A stretch of 64,000 nucleotides of DNA from Limnochordia bacterium. GTDB taxonomy: Bacteria; Bacillota; Limnochordia; DTU080. The translations under genes were made by a program, and so were the position numbers. Under the pieces are notes generated by a model. That model made no database searches. It saw only the letters and a list, made by a program, of their open reading frames with translations, and was not told the DNA's origin. The first letter of the stretch is position 1. Each line of letters starts with the position of its first letter. Shown here piece after piece: positions 30,976 to 41,160 of the stretch. The stretch is from assembly GCA_050951545.1 (NCBI GenBank), contig JBMNJG010000012.1, positions 224,001 through 288,000 of the forward strand. Reading direction: 5' to 3'.

Positions 30976-32142
30976 TCATGGTAACTTGGCGGGGGGCCAG
31001 TCTGGCGCTTGGCCGTCTTGAACTAACGAACCAAAGACCAGACTTGCCGCACCGATGATGCCAGCGTTTCTGCCGAATGAACTCAAACGGGTCTCCACTC
31101 CATGCAGTCGACCGACGAAGGTATTTCCATCGAGGTATTCCTTGATGATCTGAAGAGTCCCCGGTGCCTCGAACATGGGTCCCACAAGAATGATGGCCTC
31201 GGGCTCCAATACGTCGACTATCGGCGCACAGGCGGTGGCGACAGTGTGCGCTGCACTTGTGAAAACAGACGTCAGAAACTGATCCCCTTCCCCTGCAAGC
31301 GCTGCAGCGGAGAAAAGATCCGGAATACCGTTCCCGATCCGCTGCAGTAGTGTACGGCGGCTTACGAAAGCCTCTAAGCAACCTCGTTTGCCGCAGCTGC
31401 ATAGCGGACCATCTGGGCTGACTTGAACATGCCCCATGGCGCCAGCATGACCCTGACCTTGATGAATATACCCCCCCAATACTACAGCTGAGCTCACACC
31501 GTGATGCGCATGTACCAGGAGGAAATTCCTGTGCTTGCCCCCAAACCAACGTTCTGCCACCGCCATGGCTCGAGCCTTGGTCGCCATGTCTACTGGTTTC
31601 GGGAAAGAACGAGATAGCATCGAAGCAGTAGCTATGGGAATGGTAGTGATACGGCCTCCCGAGGTTTGGTAGCGGAATTCAATCCCCCACTCTGTGTCGG
31701 AAGCACCTATGGTAGCTAGGCCCGCTCCAAGCACCTTCTTCAACTCGATACCTGTCGCAGCCAAAAGGCGCGTAATTGATCCGCCAACCGCTTGCATGGT
31801 CTGTTCGGTGCTATCTGAAACCGCAAATTGCTCGTTGGCAATCAGCCTGCCCCTGAAATCGACCAGACCGACTTCGACTTCATTGCGCATGCTGTGTATA
31901 CCCACGGCATAGGCGCCATCTGGCGCAATGCCCAGGAGCCGAGATCTGCGACCCGGTCCGATCTGTCCGTCATCTTCACCCGTCTCGCGTATCAGCCCCG
32001 CTTGCATGAGAGGACTTGTTCGATGAGTCAACGCTGAAGTGGTGATGCCAAGTGTCTGAGCGATATCGCAGCGCAGCATGGGTGCATGAATGAGAAGCAA
32101 GCTTAGCAGCCTATTCTGCGATCTAATCAGATCTCGCACCAT
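30976..32142 (-). CDS. ROK-family transcriptional regulator
   Basis: N-terminal HTH (RCDIAQTLGITTSALT..GRR), AGAMGHV..DGPLCSCGKRGCLE zinc motif and AGIIGAA. Confidence 0.9.
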   Translation of the reverse strand: MVRDLIRSQNRLLSLLLIHAPMLRCDIAQTLGITTSALTHRTSPLMQAGLIRETGEDDGQIGPGRRSRLLGIAPDGAYAVGIHSMRNEVEVGLVDFRGRLIANEQFAVSDSTEQTMQAVGGSITRLLAATGIELKKVLGAGLATIGASDTEWGIEFRYQTSGGRITTIPIATASMLSRSFPKPVDMATKARAMAVAERWFGGKHRNFLLVHAHHGVSSAVVLGGYIHQGQGHAGAMGHVQVSPDGPLCSCGKRGCLEAFVSRRTLLQRIGNGIPDLFSAAALAGEGDQFLTSVFTSAAHTVATACAPIVDVLEPEAIILVGPMFEAPGTLQIIKEYLDGNTFVGRLHGVETRLSSFGRNAGIIGAASLVFGSLVQDGQAPDWPPAKLP

Positions 32143-32288
32143 AGCGCCTCCCACTCCCACTACGCACTGATCATTCCTCAAAGCGAAGCAGAGCCATTGG
32201 TTGAATGAGCTCACTTAATTAAGTACTAAGGCCAGCGTCGCTGCAAGTCAATACCGCGCGGAAATCCGTGGTCCTTGTTTTTCACTGG

Positions 32289-33464
32289 TTACCATAGGTG
32301 TTGGGAAAACCAGGCAATAGCGGCTTGCTGAAGTTCCGCGTCATAGCAGTGAGGCTTTTTGACATAAAGATGCTTGAAACGCTCCGGACAGCCGGCCCAT
32401 TGGTATCCAGCGCGAATCTGCCTGGCCGCCTCCAGCTGCCCTTCAGGAGGAAAAAGAGGATCCTCACTGCCACTGATAACCATGCTGGCGCAAGGAACTG
32501 ACATCGCCGTAAGGTCGGGCACATCCAAGCGATTCCACACCCCAGGGAGAAGGCAGAAGACGCCAATGGCACCGCTAAGGTTGTAGACTTGCTGGTAATC
32601 ACCCGTAGTCATCCACATGCCGCTTACCGCAGCTTTCACTCGCGTATCCAAAGCCGCCAAGATATTTGTTCGCCAACCGCCCCCGGACAAACCCGTGCAG
32701 CCGATACGTTCCGGATCTACTTCCGGACGTGTGAGAAGGTAGTCGATGCAACGCCGATCATCCCAGTAGTTAACACCCATCCATGTGGTCCCCGCCCAGT
32801 TAAGCTGTCTTACACCAAGGTACAGCTGCCTTGTGGTGGCTTCATGGATGGCAGCAAACTCATTAGCATCTAAGCTGAATGGGTCATACGCCTCCGGAAT
32901 TCCCGGCAGACCGCGGGGAGCTCGTTCTCCGAAATGGTGGGCATCGATGACCATCACTGCAAAACCCGCCTTGGCAAACTCCTCAGCCAAGTAGTTGCCG
33001 CTGTAGACCTTTGCCCGATGCGCTTGCAGGGCTGGATGATCGCGACCCGTATTGACAATGCGTTCCTTGCCGAAGAGCATCGGTCCACCCCAAGCGTGGA
33101 AGACAACCAAAGCAGGAAGAGGTAGTGCTACCGTCATGGGGTACAGAAAATAACCATTTACCCGGAACCAAGGCGTGGTGTTGAAGGCGATCTTCTCAAT
33201 GATAAGACCGTTTCGCTTTTCCCGTGTGATAGTCTCTGCCTGCAGATCCAGCAAACCAGGATCATAGTGGAGCGCTGCCTCAAGGCACTCTCGCGCTTTG
33301 GCTTGCCACATTTCGAACGGGGTGCTTGGGTTGTGCTGGCGAAACTGCTCGGCGTTCAGATCAAGTGGTCGGTGATCCCGCAGTTGCTGTAAGTTTTTCT
33401 CAAGGCTACCGTACAGATTCAATGGTTGACGCTCAATCTGTAGATCACTATGCAGTGGACGCAT
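32289..33464 (-). CDS. Alpha/beta hydrolase (dienelactone hydrolase / acetylxylan esterase-like)
   Basis: IDYLLTRPEVDPERIGCTGLSGGG nucleophile elbow, EDPLFP and PHCY. Confidence 0.85.
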   Translation of the reverse strand: MRPLHSDLQIERQPLNLYGSLEKNLQQLRDHRPLDLNAEQFRQHNPSTPFEMWQAKARECLEAALHYDPGLLDLQAETITREKRNGLIIEKIAFNTTPWFRVNGYFLYPMTVALPLPALVVFHAWGGPMLFGKERIVNTGRDHPALQAHRAKVYSGNYLAEEFAKAGFAVMVIDAHHFGERAPRGLPGIPEAYDPFSLDANEFAAIHEATTRQLYLGVRQLNWAGTTWMGVNYWDDRRCIDYLLTRPEVDPERIGCTGLSGGGWRTNILAALDTRVKAAVSGMWMTTGDYQQVYNLSGAIGVFCLLPGVWNRLDVPDLTAMSVPCASMVISGSEDPLFPPEGQLEAARQIRAGYQWAGCPERFKHLYVKKPHCYDAELQQAAIAWFSQHLW

Positions 33465-33485
33465 GGCGAACCTCCACAGAGAATC

Positions 33486-33552
33486 GTGTTACGCGAACAC
33501 CTGCCTCGGCCGCCTCGACTCGCGCGAGTGGTTGGCCGCCGTTACGTGTACT
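33486..33552 (-). repeat. Copy C of the dispersed intergenic hairpin repeat
   Basis: TGTTACGCGAACACCTGCCTCGGCCGCCTCGACTCGCGCGAGTGGTTGGCCGCCG aligns with copy A. Confidence 0.8.
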
Positions 33553-33569
33553 GCGTAGATTAGGTCGCC

Positions 33570-34607
33570 CTAATCCTGAAATTTGCTCGAGCTAGCCAAG
33601 AAACGCCAGAGTTCATCTTCAGGCAACTGGGGGAGCAATTGGGTTTCCGCGTTGGGAAGCACGAGTAAACTCGGCTGCTCGCCCACCTCGCCAATCACGA
33701 AAGCGGGCACACCAGCGTTGACCAAATGCTCGACAAGGCCACCTCCATCGGGACAGGTAATGAGCATCGTCCCCGAGGAAATGAGTCCTAAGGGGTCTAG
33801 TTCGAGACAATCGCAGATGAAAGCTGTCTCGGGGCGAATCGGCACTTTGGCTGCCTCGATGCGAAAGCCTACACGAGAGGCCTTCCCGATCTCATAGAGC
33901 GCTCCGTACAGCCCACCCTCAGTTACATCGTGCATGGCACTTACTCCGAACGAGGCAGCAGCCACTCCCTCGTTCACCGCACTTATTTCCTCGGCGAAGG
34001 CCTTTGCCCGGCACAGCAAAGCCTCCAGGGTGTCGGTCTCAGCTTCTAGATGCTTCTTGATGGCGGCTCGCCTGATCGTATCAGCCCATTCCGCTGCCAG
34101 AATGGCCGTGCCCTCGATTCCTACGCCCTTCGTAACAACCACCGCATCGCCAGGCCTGGCTCCAGCGGAGGTCACATAACGATTCTTTGGCGCACGCCCA
34201 ACGGCTGTGGTGACCACCAGCGGAGCTGTCACTCGGGAGGTTATCTCCGTGTGTCCCCCCAACACCTCAATCCCTAGCTCTGCGCAGGCGCACTCCACCC
34301 CATCCATCAGCTCGATGATAGAGGAGTCCTCAGTGCCTTCAGGTAGCAAGAGAACTACCTGCACACCAATCGGGTGACCACCGTTGGCGGCTATGTCGTT
34401 GCATGAGACGTGAACAGCTAGCCTACCCGCTCCTCTACCCACACCAGTGATGGGGTCCGTGGACAGCAGACAGACCTCGTCACCAAAGTCGATAACGGCT
34501 GAGTCCTCGCCTAGGCCAGCCGGGACCAACACATCACTGCGTCGATGCGCAAAACGACCGAGAACCAAACGCTCGAGTTGCTTCGGAGCAAGCTTTCCTG
34601 CCTTCAT
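33570..34607 (-). CDS. AIR synthase-related (PurM-like / HypE-like) protein
   Basis: GEDSAVI, STDPIT, NDIAANG, GGHTEIT, MHDVTEGG and LISSG motifs. Confidence 0.88.
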   Translation of the reverse strand: MKAGKLAPKQLERLVLGRFAHRRSDVLVPAGLGEDSAVIDFGDEVCLLSTDPITGVGRGAGRLAVHVSCNDIAANGGHPIGVQVVLLLPEGTEDSSIIELMDGVECACAELGIEVLGGHTEITSRVTAPLVVTTAVGRAPKNRYVTSAGARPGDAVVVTKGVGIEGTAILAAEWADTIRRAAIKKHLEAETDTLEALLCRAKAFAEEISAVNEGVAAASFGVSAMHDVTEGGLYGALYEIGKASRVGFRIEAAKVPIRPETAFICDCLELDPLGLISSGTMLITCPDGGGLVEHLVNAGVPAFVIGEVGEQPSLLVLPNAETQLLPQLPEDELWRFLASSSKFQD

Positions 34608-34631
34608 TGGGTCAAACCCTCCACGTTCTCA

Positions 34632-35417
34632 TCATGCCTCGCAGTTGCCGTAGACATCTGCCCTGCGTGCTGGCCACGCTGGTAGGCGGCTGCGTACAGT
34701 CTCTATGGTATCAAGATCAAGGTCAACAGTCACTACGCCAGGCTGGTCATCTAGCGCGTCACACACCTGACCCCACGGGTCCACAACACAGGAGTGTCCG
34801 AAAAACTCCTGCTTGCCTGAGCTCCCGACTATGTTGGCAGCCACCATGTACAACTGGTTTTCGATAGCCCGAGCTCGCAAGAGGGTGATCCAGTGATCCT
34901 GACGCGGATGGGGAAACTGCGCTGGCACCAAAAGCACCCGCGCGCCCAGAAGCGCCAAGCGCCGGGCGAGCTCAGGGAAGCGCAGGTCAAAACAGATCAT
35001 GCCGCCAATGCGACACCATGGGGTATCGACAGTGAGCGGGAGGCTCCCAGCTGTGATATATGCGTGCTCTTCAATAAGGGGGAAAAGATGGATCTTCTGA
35101 TAGCGTCCTGCGACCTCGCCTTTCGGTGACACATAAAACAGAGTGTTGAACACGCGGTCGTCTGAGATCTCAGGGATGCTTGACAAGACCCATGCTCCCG
35201 CTTCTTTGGCAGCATCACGAAGGAAATCCAGCGTAGGCAGGAAAGCATCACGAGCGACATCACGTATGCGAGGCGAGAAGCCCGTGCTCCACATCTCTGG
35301 GAGAAGGATTGTCTGTGAATGACGGCGCGCGGCCTCCTGTAGTCCTACGTAGGCCTTGTCCCAGTTGCCACGCACATCCTCTGGCTGCACATTCATCTGC
35401 ACAATACTCACTCGCAT
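34632..35417 (-). CDS. Carbon-nitrogen hydrolase (nitrilase superfamily, MtnU/YafV-like omega-amidase)
   Basis: Glu-Lys-Cys triad motifs LPEMW, YQKIHLF and ICFDLRFPE; RARAIENQ. Confidence 0.9.
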   Translation of the reverse strand: MRVSIVQMNVQPEDVRGNWDKAYVGLQEAARRHSQTILLPEMWSTGFSPRIRDVARDAFLPTLDFLRDAAKEAGAWVLSSIPEISDDRVFNTLFYVSPKGEVAGRYQKIHLFPLIEEHAYITAGSLPLTVDTPWCRIGGMICFDLRFPELARRLALLGARVLLVPAQFPHPRQDHWITLLRARAIENQLYMVAANIVGSSGKQEFFGHSCVVDPWGQVCDALDDQPGVVTVDLDLDTIETVRSRLPAWPARRADVYGNCEA

Positions 35418-35445
35418 GGACAGAGATAACCTCCCGCGATATCCG

Positions 35446-36852
35446 TCAGCTACCCACTACCTGCACTTGGAGCATATTAGTGCTACCTGGGACCCCAGTA
35501 CGCACACCAGCGGCGATGGCGACCGTATCGCCGGGGCTGACTAGCTGCCAAAGCAGGGCGGTCTCCAAAGCTACGTCAAGCATATGGTCGATATTGTCTG
35601 TACGTGGTACGACGAGCGGATGCACACCCCAGACTAAAGCGAGTTGTCGGGCCACGCCTTCATTCGGTGTCAGGGCGACAATGGGAGCTCGCGGACGATA
35701 CTTTGAGACCAGACGAGCCGTCGATCCCGACTGCGTGGAGCACAGGATCGCTGAGGCACTCACACTAGCCGCGGTGGCACACGTGGCTCGGGCTATCGCT
35801 TCGGCGACTGACACCTGCGCCTGTGGTAGCTCGTCAGAGTAATCGAGTGCTTCTTCGGTACGCTGGCTTATCCTATGCATGGTACTGACTGTTTCTACGG
35901 GGTACTTGCCAACTGCGGTTTCCCCTGAAAGCATAACCGCATCGCTACCATCGAAAATGGCATTAGCGACATCTGTCACCTCCGCCCTGGTAGGACGAGG
36001 ATTGCGCACCATAGAATCCAGCATCTGCGTGGCGGTGATCACAGGCTTTCCAGCGGCGTTGCACTTCTCGATAAGTAACTTCTGGACCAACGGTACCTCT
36101 TCGGGGGGCAACTCGATCCCTAGGTCGCCACGAGCCACCATGATGCCGTCGGCAGAGGCAATGATCTCATCAATATTGCGGACACCCTCTTCGCTCTCCA
36201 CCTTAGCGATGACTTGCATCTCACTACCGCAACTCGCGATGGCCTCCTTCACCACCTGAACATGGTCGGAACGCCTGACGAATGAGGCGGCCACGAAATC
36301 ACAGGCATGCTCTGCACCAAAACGAATATGCTCGAGGTCGCGTTCGCCTAAGGGCGGCAGGTCCACCGCGACTCCCGGTAGGGTCATGCCTTTGCGTGCT
36401 TTGAGTTCACCGCCAGTTGTCACGACACACGTGACAGAAGAGCCAGTGACAGACTCTACGCGCAGCTCAAGCAGCCCATCATCTAGGAATATTATGCTGC
36501 CGGGCTTCACATCCAGGGGCAGACTGGGATAGGCGACATAGATAGACTCGCCGTCTGCGGCTCTTGGGTCTACGCTAAAGCTCAGACGTTCCCCCTTGGC
36601 GACCATGCGTCTTCCAGGAGGAACTTCTCCGATCCGTATTTTCGGCCCCTGTACATCGAGCAGGATGCCGATAGACCGTCTGGCGCGGGCCTCCGCTTCG
36701 CGAATATTGCCAATCCGGGCGGCATGCTCTTCTAGCGTACCATGAGAGCAGTTGAGTCGCGCTACATCCATGCCAGCTGCGATAAGTGCCTCAATTTGCT
36801 CAAGCGCTTCAGTGGCTGGCCCGATAGTGCAGACAATCTTGGTTCTACGCAA
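35446..36852 (-). CDS. pyk: Pyruvate kinase
   Basis: RRTKIVCTIGPA, IMVARGDLG, TATQMLDSM and MLSGETA. TTG start at 36852. Confidence 0.97.
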   Translation of the reverse strand: MRRTKIVCTIGPATEALEQIEALIAAGMDVARLNCSHGTLEEHAARIGNIREAEARARRSIGILLDVQGPKIRIGEVPPGRRMVAKGERLSFSVDPRAADGESIYVAYPSLPLDVKPGSIIFLDDGLLELRVESVTGSSVTCVVTTGGELKARKGMTLPGVAVDLPPLGERDLEHIRFGAEHACDFVAASFVRRSDHVQVVKEAIASCGSEMQVIAKVESEEGVRNIDEIIASADGIMVARGDLGIELPPEEVPLVQKLLIEKCNAAGKPVITATQMLDSMVRNPRPTRAEVTDVANAIFDGSDAVMLSGETAVGKYPVETVSTMHRISQRTEEALDYSDELPQAQVSVAEAIARATCATAASVSASAILCSTQSGSTARLVSKYRPRAPIVALTPNEGVARQLALVWGVHPLVVPRTDNIDHMLDVALETALLWQLVSPGDTVAIAAGVRTGVPGSTNMLQVQVVGS

Positions 36853-36927
36853 GCCTCTCGCACCCTTTCTCTCTGAGATCTCTCGGCGTGGCCTCATCGA
36901 AACGTGGGCCCGCGGTCAGTGAGGTGG

Positions 36928-37935
36928 TCAAATGGAGGACAAGACATGAGCCAGACGATACAGTTCAGGGTCGATGCTTTTGTGCATAGCCAGAGCCTCG
37001 TCAATGGCAAAGGTGCGTACCTGACCCTTGACGAGTCCGACAACCTGGCCCCCCTGCCCTGCCTTCAAGAGGCTGACCGCTGCATGTCCCAAACGGGAAG
37101 CGACGATCTGGTCGAGAGCCGAAGGGCTCCCACCTCTTTGCAGATGGCCTAGAATGGTGATCCGCGTCTCAAGACCCGTTTTCTCCATGATGTAGTTTCC
37201 GACACTCATGGCAGCGGAGTCTCGGTGATTCCCGCCTGCCTTGAAATTGCCTCCGACCCCCTCCGCTACCACCACGATGCTGTGCGCTTTTCCCACCCGA
37301 AAGGCAAAAGCAATCCGAGCACAGACTTCATCTAGATCCGTGGGCACTTCTGGGATCAAGATTGACTCAGCTCCACCTGCTAAGCCTGCATGCAAGGCAA
37401 TGTAGCCGGCGTTTCTGCCCATCACTTCCACAACGATGATTCGCTCATGCGAGGTTGCAGTATCCCGGATCTTGTTTATGGCGCCTACAACGGTGTTGAG
37501 TGCCGTATCGAAGCCGATGGCCTGGTCTGTACAGGCGATATCGTTATCAATGGTTGCTGGAATACCGATGGTGGGCACACCCGCATGCACGAGATCCCGG
37601 GCTCCCCGAAAGGAGCCATCGCCCCCGAGCACAACCAACCCATCGATGTCAAGACGTCTGAGCACTTCCAGTGCTTTTGCCAGCCCTTCGGGGGTCTTGA
37701 ACTCGTCACTGCGAGCACTGCGCAGGACAGTGCCCCCCCGATGGATGATATCCGCCACTGACCGGGAGGTAAGCTCTACGAGGGCTCCTTGTATTAGTCC
37801 CTGGTAACCTCTTTCAATGCCGAATACCTGAATTCCCTCAGACAACGCGCTACGCACAACAGCGCGAATGGCCGCGTTCATTCCGGGAGCATCTCCGCCG
37901 CTGGTAAGTACGCCAAGGCGAGCGGGTTTGGGCAT
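36928..37935 (-). CDS. pfkA: ATP-dependent 6-phosphofructokinase
   Basis: TSGGDAPGMN, GGDGS, TIDND, EVMGR and LGHLQRGG motifs. Confidence 0.97.
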   Translation of the reverse strand: MPKPARLGVLTSGGDAPGMNAAIRAVVRSALSEGIQVFGIERGYQGLIQGALVELTSRSVADIIHRGGTVLRSARSDEFKTPEGLAKALEVLRRLDIDGLVVLGGDGSFRGARDLVHAGVPTIGIPATIDNDIACTDQAIGFDTALNTVVGAINKIRDTATSHERIIVVEVMGRNAGYIALHAGLAGGAESILIPEVPTDLDEVCARIAFAFRVGKAHSIVVVAEGVGGNFKAGGNHRDSAAMSVGNYIMEKTGLETRITILGHLQRGGSPSALDQIVASRLGHAAVSLLKAGQGGQVVGLVKGQVRTFAIDEALAMHKSIDPELYRLAHVLSSI

Positions 37936-38000
37936 GACATATCCCTCCTGCCGAAGACCTTCTGCAGATTGCTGGCTATAAGGGGGTCCGGTGCAAGAGC

Positions 38001-38978
38001 CTATGCTTGCAGCCCCTGAGGCTGTGTTTCGCCAATCTTTCTGTATCTTTCTAGTCGTTTGGCAATAAGCTGTGTGGATGGTATATGAGAAAGCTCAGCT
38101 ATATGCTGCAAAATGGCTGCTTTCATGGTTGCAGCGACTGCAGCGGGGTCGCGATGGGCTCCTCCCAAAGGTTCAGGCAGGACTTCGTCGATGACACCCA
38201 GTGTCAGCAGATCAGGCGCAGTGAGATGGAGCACCGCTGCCGCCTCTTCAGCGCGGGCGGTATCCTTCCATAGGATCTGCGCGCACATCTCGGGGGAAAT
38301 CACGGAGTACCAGGCGTTCTCAAGCATTAGTACCCTATCGCCCACGCCAATCGCCAGCGCTCCCCCGCTACCGCCTTCACCCGTGATAATGCAGACGATA
38401 GGCACCTGCAGGAAGGACATATGGCGGATGCACTCCGCAATCACTACCCCTTGGCCTCTCTCCTCAGCTTCAATGCCAGGATAAGCGCCGACCACGTCAA
38501 TAAGTGATATGATCGGTCGACCAAACTTCTCGGCTTGGCGCATCAGGCGCAGTGCCTTGCGATACCCTTCGGGGTGGGGCAGACCGAAGTTGCGTCGAAT
38601 GTTCTCCTTCGTGTCTCGGCCTTTGCCCTTCTGAGGCCCAAGGACAGTTACAGGACGGTCGTCAAGGTAAGCGATGCCACCTACTATGGCCGCGTCGTCA
38701 CGAACCGTGCGATCACCGTGTAACTCAACAAAACCCGTAAAAATGGCCTCAATGTAGTCAAGGGCGGTTGGGCGATCCTTGTGTCGGGCCATCTGAACTC
38801 GTTGCCAGGGGGTGACATTCGCATAGATCTCTCGGCGTAAACTATCAGCCTTACGCTCCAAGGTCAGAATTTCCTCCGAAAAATCGATACCTTTTTCCTT
38901 GGTAAAGCTTTGCAGCTCTCCAATGCGCTGCTCAAGTTCAACGAGTGGCTTCTCCCACTCGAAGACGCTATTGACCAC
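38001..38978 (-). CDS. accA: Acetyl-CoA carboxylase carboxyltransferase alpha subunit
   Basis: ELHGDR, PEGYRKALR, GAYPGIEAEERGQ, GEGGSGGAL and YSVISPE motifs. Confidence 0.96.
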   Translation of the reverse strand: MVNSVFEWEKPLVELEQRIGELQSFTKEKGIDFSEEILTLERKADSLRREIYANVTPWQRVQMARHKDRPTALDYIEAIFTGFVELHGDRTVRDDAAIVGGIAYLDDRPVTVLGPQKGKGRDTKENIRRNFGLPHPEGYRKALRLMRQAEKFGRPIISLIDVVGAYPGIEAEERGQGVVIAECIRHMSFLQVPIVCIITGEGGSGGALAIGVGDRVLMLENAWYSVISPEMCAQILWKDTARAEEAAAVLHLTAPDLLTLGVIDEVLPEPLGGAHRDPAAVAATMKAAILQHIAELSHIPSTQLIAKRLERYRKIGETQPQGLQA

Positions 38979-38983
38979 TTAGC

Positions 38984-39184
38984 TCACCTACCCATGAGGG
39001 CGCTCCCCAGTAACTGGCACGCTTCGTCAAGCTCTGCTTCAGGCACGAGGATCTCATAGTGACGGATCTCGCCGTGTTTTCGTCTTATAGGCCGTGAGCG
39101 AGCAAGTATCCCACTTTTGCTTAGCTCATCCAGGATATGCTCAACCACTGTACTTGACGGGGTTACGTAGACAACAACCCACAC
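38984..39184 (-). CDS. Small conserved clostridial protein (DUF2007-like; often mislabelled glutamate decarboxylase)
   Basis: MWVVVY...EILVPEAE..EA pattern; GTG start after AGGAGG; usual position upstream of the acc/pfk/pyk genes. Confidence 0.7.
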   Translation of the reverse strand: MWVVVYVTPSSTVVEHILDELSKSGILARSRPIRRKHGEIRHYEILVPEAELDEACQLLGSALMGR

Positions 39185-39221
39185 GTGACGGACCTCCTTG
39201 AACTTAGTACCGAGAAAGCCC

Positions 39222-39479
39222 CTAATGAAAAATGGTCTCGGCACGCTGTAGTATCGCCCCTATGTCAGCAATCTTTGCGGGGAGTAAGGTCCTAAGCGTA
39301 GTGAGAGAAGATGTCTGCCACCATGTGCGACTCCACAAAAGCAAACGTTGACGCGACAAAGTGACCGCGACGGCCCCTACCATGTAGACAAAACACGTGG
39401 CGGCCTTTATACGTTGTCGGTTTAGCAGGAGATATGCCAAGACCGCTATCTCATAGATTCTGTCTGAAAGTCGTCGCAC
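39222..39479 (-). CDS. Hypothetical protein, possibly membrane-associated
   Basis: 85-aa ORF preceded by GGGGG; fills the gap after mtrB. No motif recognised. Confidence 0.35.
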   Translation of the reverse strand: MRRLSDRIYEIAVLAYLLLNRQRIKAATCFVYMVGAVAVTLSRQRLLLWSRTWWQTSSLTTLRTLLPAKIADIGAILQRAETIFH

Positions 39480-39503
39480 GAGGTACCCCCTGTCGGGCAG
39501 GAC

Positions 39504-39731
39504 TCAGTCACCAGATTCGGTTTCGCCATGCTTTGTCCACACATGTGCCCTGCCGCGGATCTTGATCGCTGAGGTATGCTCAGTAAACTGAGCTATCAGT
39601 AATTCGCCCTTATCAAGCTTTTCGCTATGATGGAACTTGGTATCGCTGCCACGTGTCAATCCAATAATCGTGACGCCGTGTTCCAGAGCTTTGACCACAA
39701 TGAAATCAGCGCAGATAGGCTGGTTATCCAT
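39504..39731 (-). CDS. mtrB: trp RNA-binding attenuation protein (TRAP)
   Basis: [52 protein letters not shown], the canonical TRAP signature. Confidence 0.97.
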   Translation of the reverse strand: MDNQPICADFIVVKALEHGVTIIGLTRGSDTKFHHSEKLDKGELLIAQFTEHTSAIKIRGRAHVWTKHGETESGD

Positions 39732-41046
39732 CTAGGCCCACTTCCTTTGGCTGTTGCAGTGCACTAAAAGTTGCTTCTCGACGCACTGAGCTGGATTCTT
39801 CTTCGCGCCTGATATCGGCTCCTAAACAGTGAAGTTTCTCGCTCAGACCCTCGTATCCTCTGTCAAGTATCTCCAAGCCAGAGATCCGAGTCTCACCCGC
39901 GGCGCCCAAGGCAGCGACAACCAAAGCAGCGCCAGCGCGCAGGTCCGTAGCCTCTACTGGAGCGCCTGATAGCTGCTCGACACCTCGCACAATGGCAGTG
40001 TCTCGTTCTACACGAATATCGGCCCCCATTCGTCGCAACTCATCGACGTAGCGAAACCGATCAAAGATCGTCTCTCGAATGACACTGGTGCCTTCGGCGG
40101 TTGACATTAGGGCGACAAACGGCTGCTGAAGATCCGTAGGAAAGCCCGGATACGGTGAAGTCTCCACATCGCAAGCTCTACATTTTCCGTCGGAACGAAC
40201 AATGACACTACTGTCATTTTCCCGAATCTCGACACCCGCTTCGATGAGCTTGAGGATTGGTGAGCGGAGGTGCTCAGGTACGATGTTGCTAACCGATACC
40301 TCTCCACCAGCTATCGCGGCACACATCAGGTAGGTGCCCGCCTCAACTCGGTCGCAGATGACACTATATTCAGCACCGTGGAGATTCTTGACCCCTTCCA
40401 CCCGAATGACATCTGTGCCTGCCCCTCGCACACGCGCCCCCATGCTGTTGAGAAAGATGGCCAGATCAACCACCTCTGGCTCTTTGGCAGCGTTCTCCAA
40501 GACAGTAACGCCTTCTGCTTTGACGGCGGCAAGCATCAGATTAATGGTAGTACCTACGCTGGAGCGACCGATGAAAATACTCGTGCCCTGTAAGCGTCTA
40601 GCGGAAGCTTTGACATACCCGTGTTCAATGGTTACCTCGGCCCCGAGTTGCTGAAACCCACGGATATGAAAATCGACCGGACGCGATCCTATGGCACATC
40701 CCCCAGGCAGTGGCACTTCGGCGCAACCAAGACGACCCAATAGCAGGCCCGCCATGTAAAACGACCCGCGTTCGCGTCGTACGAGGTCGTAGGGGGCTCG
40801 GTATTGCTGGATGCCAGCGCCACGAACCCGCATGCGCCCTTTGTCATCAATATATGCCTGAGCGCCTAGGCTTTGGAGAATGAGACAAATGGTCAAGACA
40901 GACGTATCGTGTGGCACGTTTTCGATGATGCTCTCTTCATCGCTCAGTGCCGCCGCAGCTAGAATGGGCATTGCACTGTTTTTGGAGCCACTAGCTGAGA
41001 TCTCCCCATGCAAGGGGTTTCCACCCCGGATAATGAGATGCGCCAT
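39724..41046 (-). CDS. murA: UDP-N-acetylglucosamine 1-carboxyvinyltransferase
   Basis: [18 protein letters not shown] (active-site Cys), [14 protein letters not shown] and DRGYE motifs. Confidence 0.95.
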   Translation of the reverse strand: MAHLIIRGGNPLHGEISASGSKNSAMPILAAAALSDEESIIENVPHDTSVLTICLILQSLGAQAYIDDKGRMRVRGAGIQQYRAPYDLVRRERGSFYMAGLLLGRLGCAEVPLPGGCAIGSRPVDFHIRGFQQLGAEVTIEHGYVKASARRLQGTSIFIGRSSVGTTINLMLAAVKAEGVTVLENAAKEPEVVDLAIFLNSMGARVRGAGTDVIRVEGVKNLHGAEYSVICDRVEAGTYLMCAAIAGGEVSVSNIVPEHLRSPILKLIEAGVEIRENDSSVIVRSDGKCRACDVETSPYPGFPTDLQQPFVALMSTAEGTSVIRETIFDRFRYVDELRRMGADIRVERDTAIVRGVEQLSGAPVEATDLRAGAALVVAALGAAGETRISGLEILDRGYEGLSEKLHCLGADIRREEESSSVRREATFSALQQPKEVGLDG

Positions 41047-41160
41047 TCAGTGACCTCCTAGATAGGGCCCCTTGCCGAGGCGTGAAGGCCCAGCAGGGTA
41101 CGTGCTGGGCCCTGTCAACTACACGCTTGCTTCCATATGGAGGGTCTCTTTCCTGCCAGG

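Noticed and set aside
33570-34607. Hydrogenase maturation (HypE) call
   Set aside because: It lacks the C-terminal PRIC motif (ends DELWRF...) and no hyp genes are nearby, so it is kept as a generic AIR synthase-related protein.
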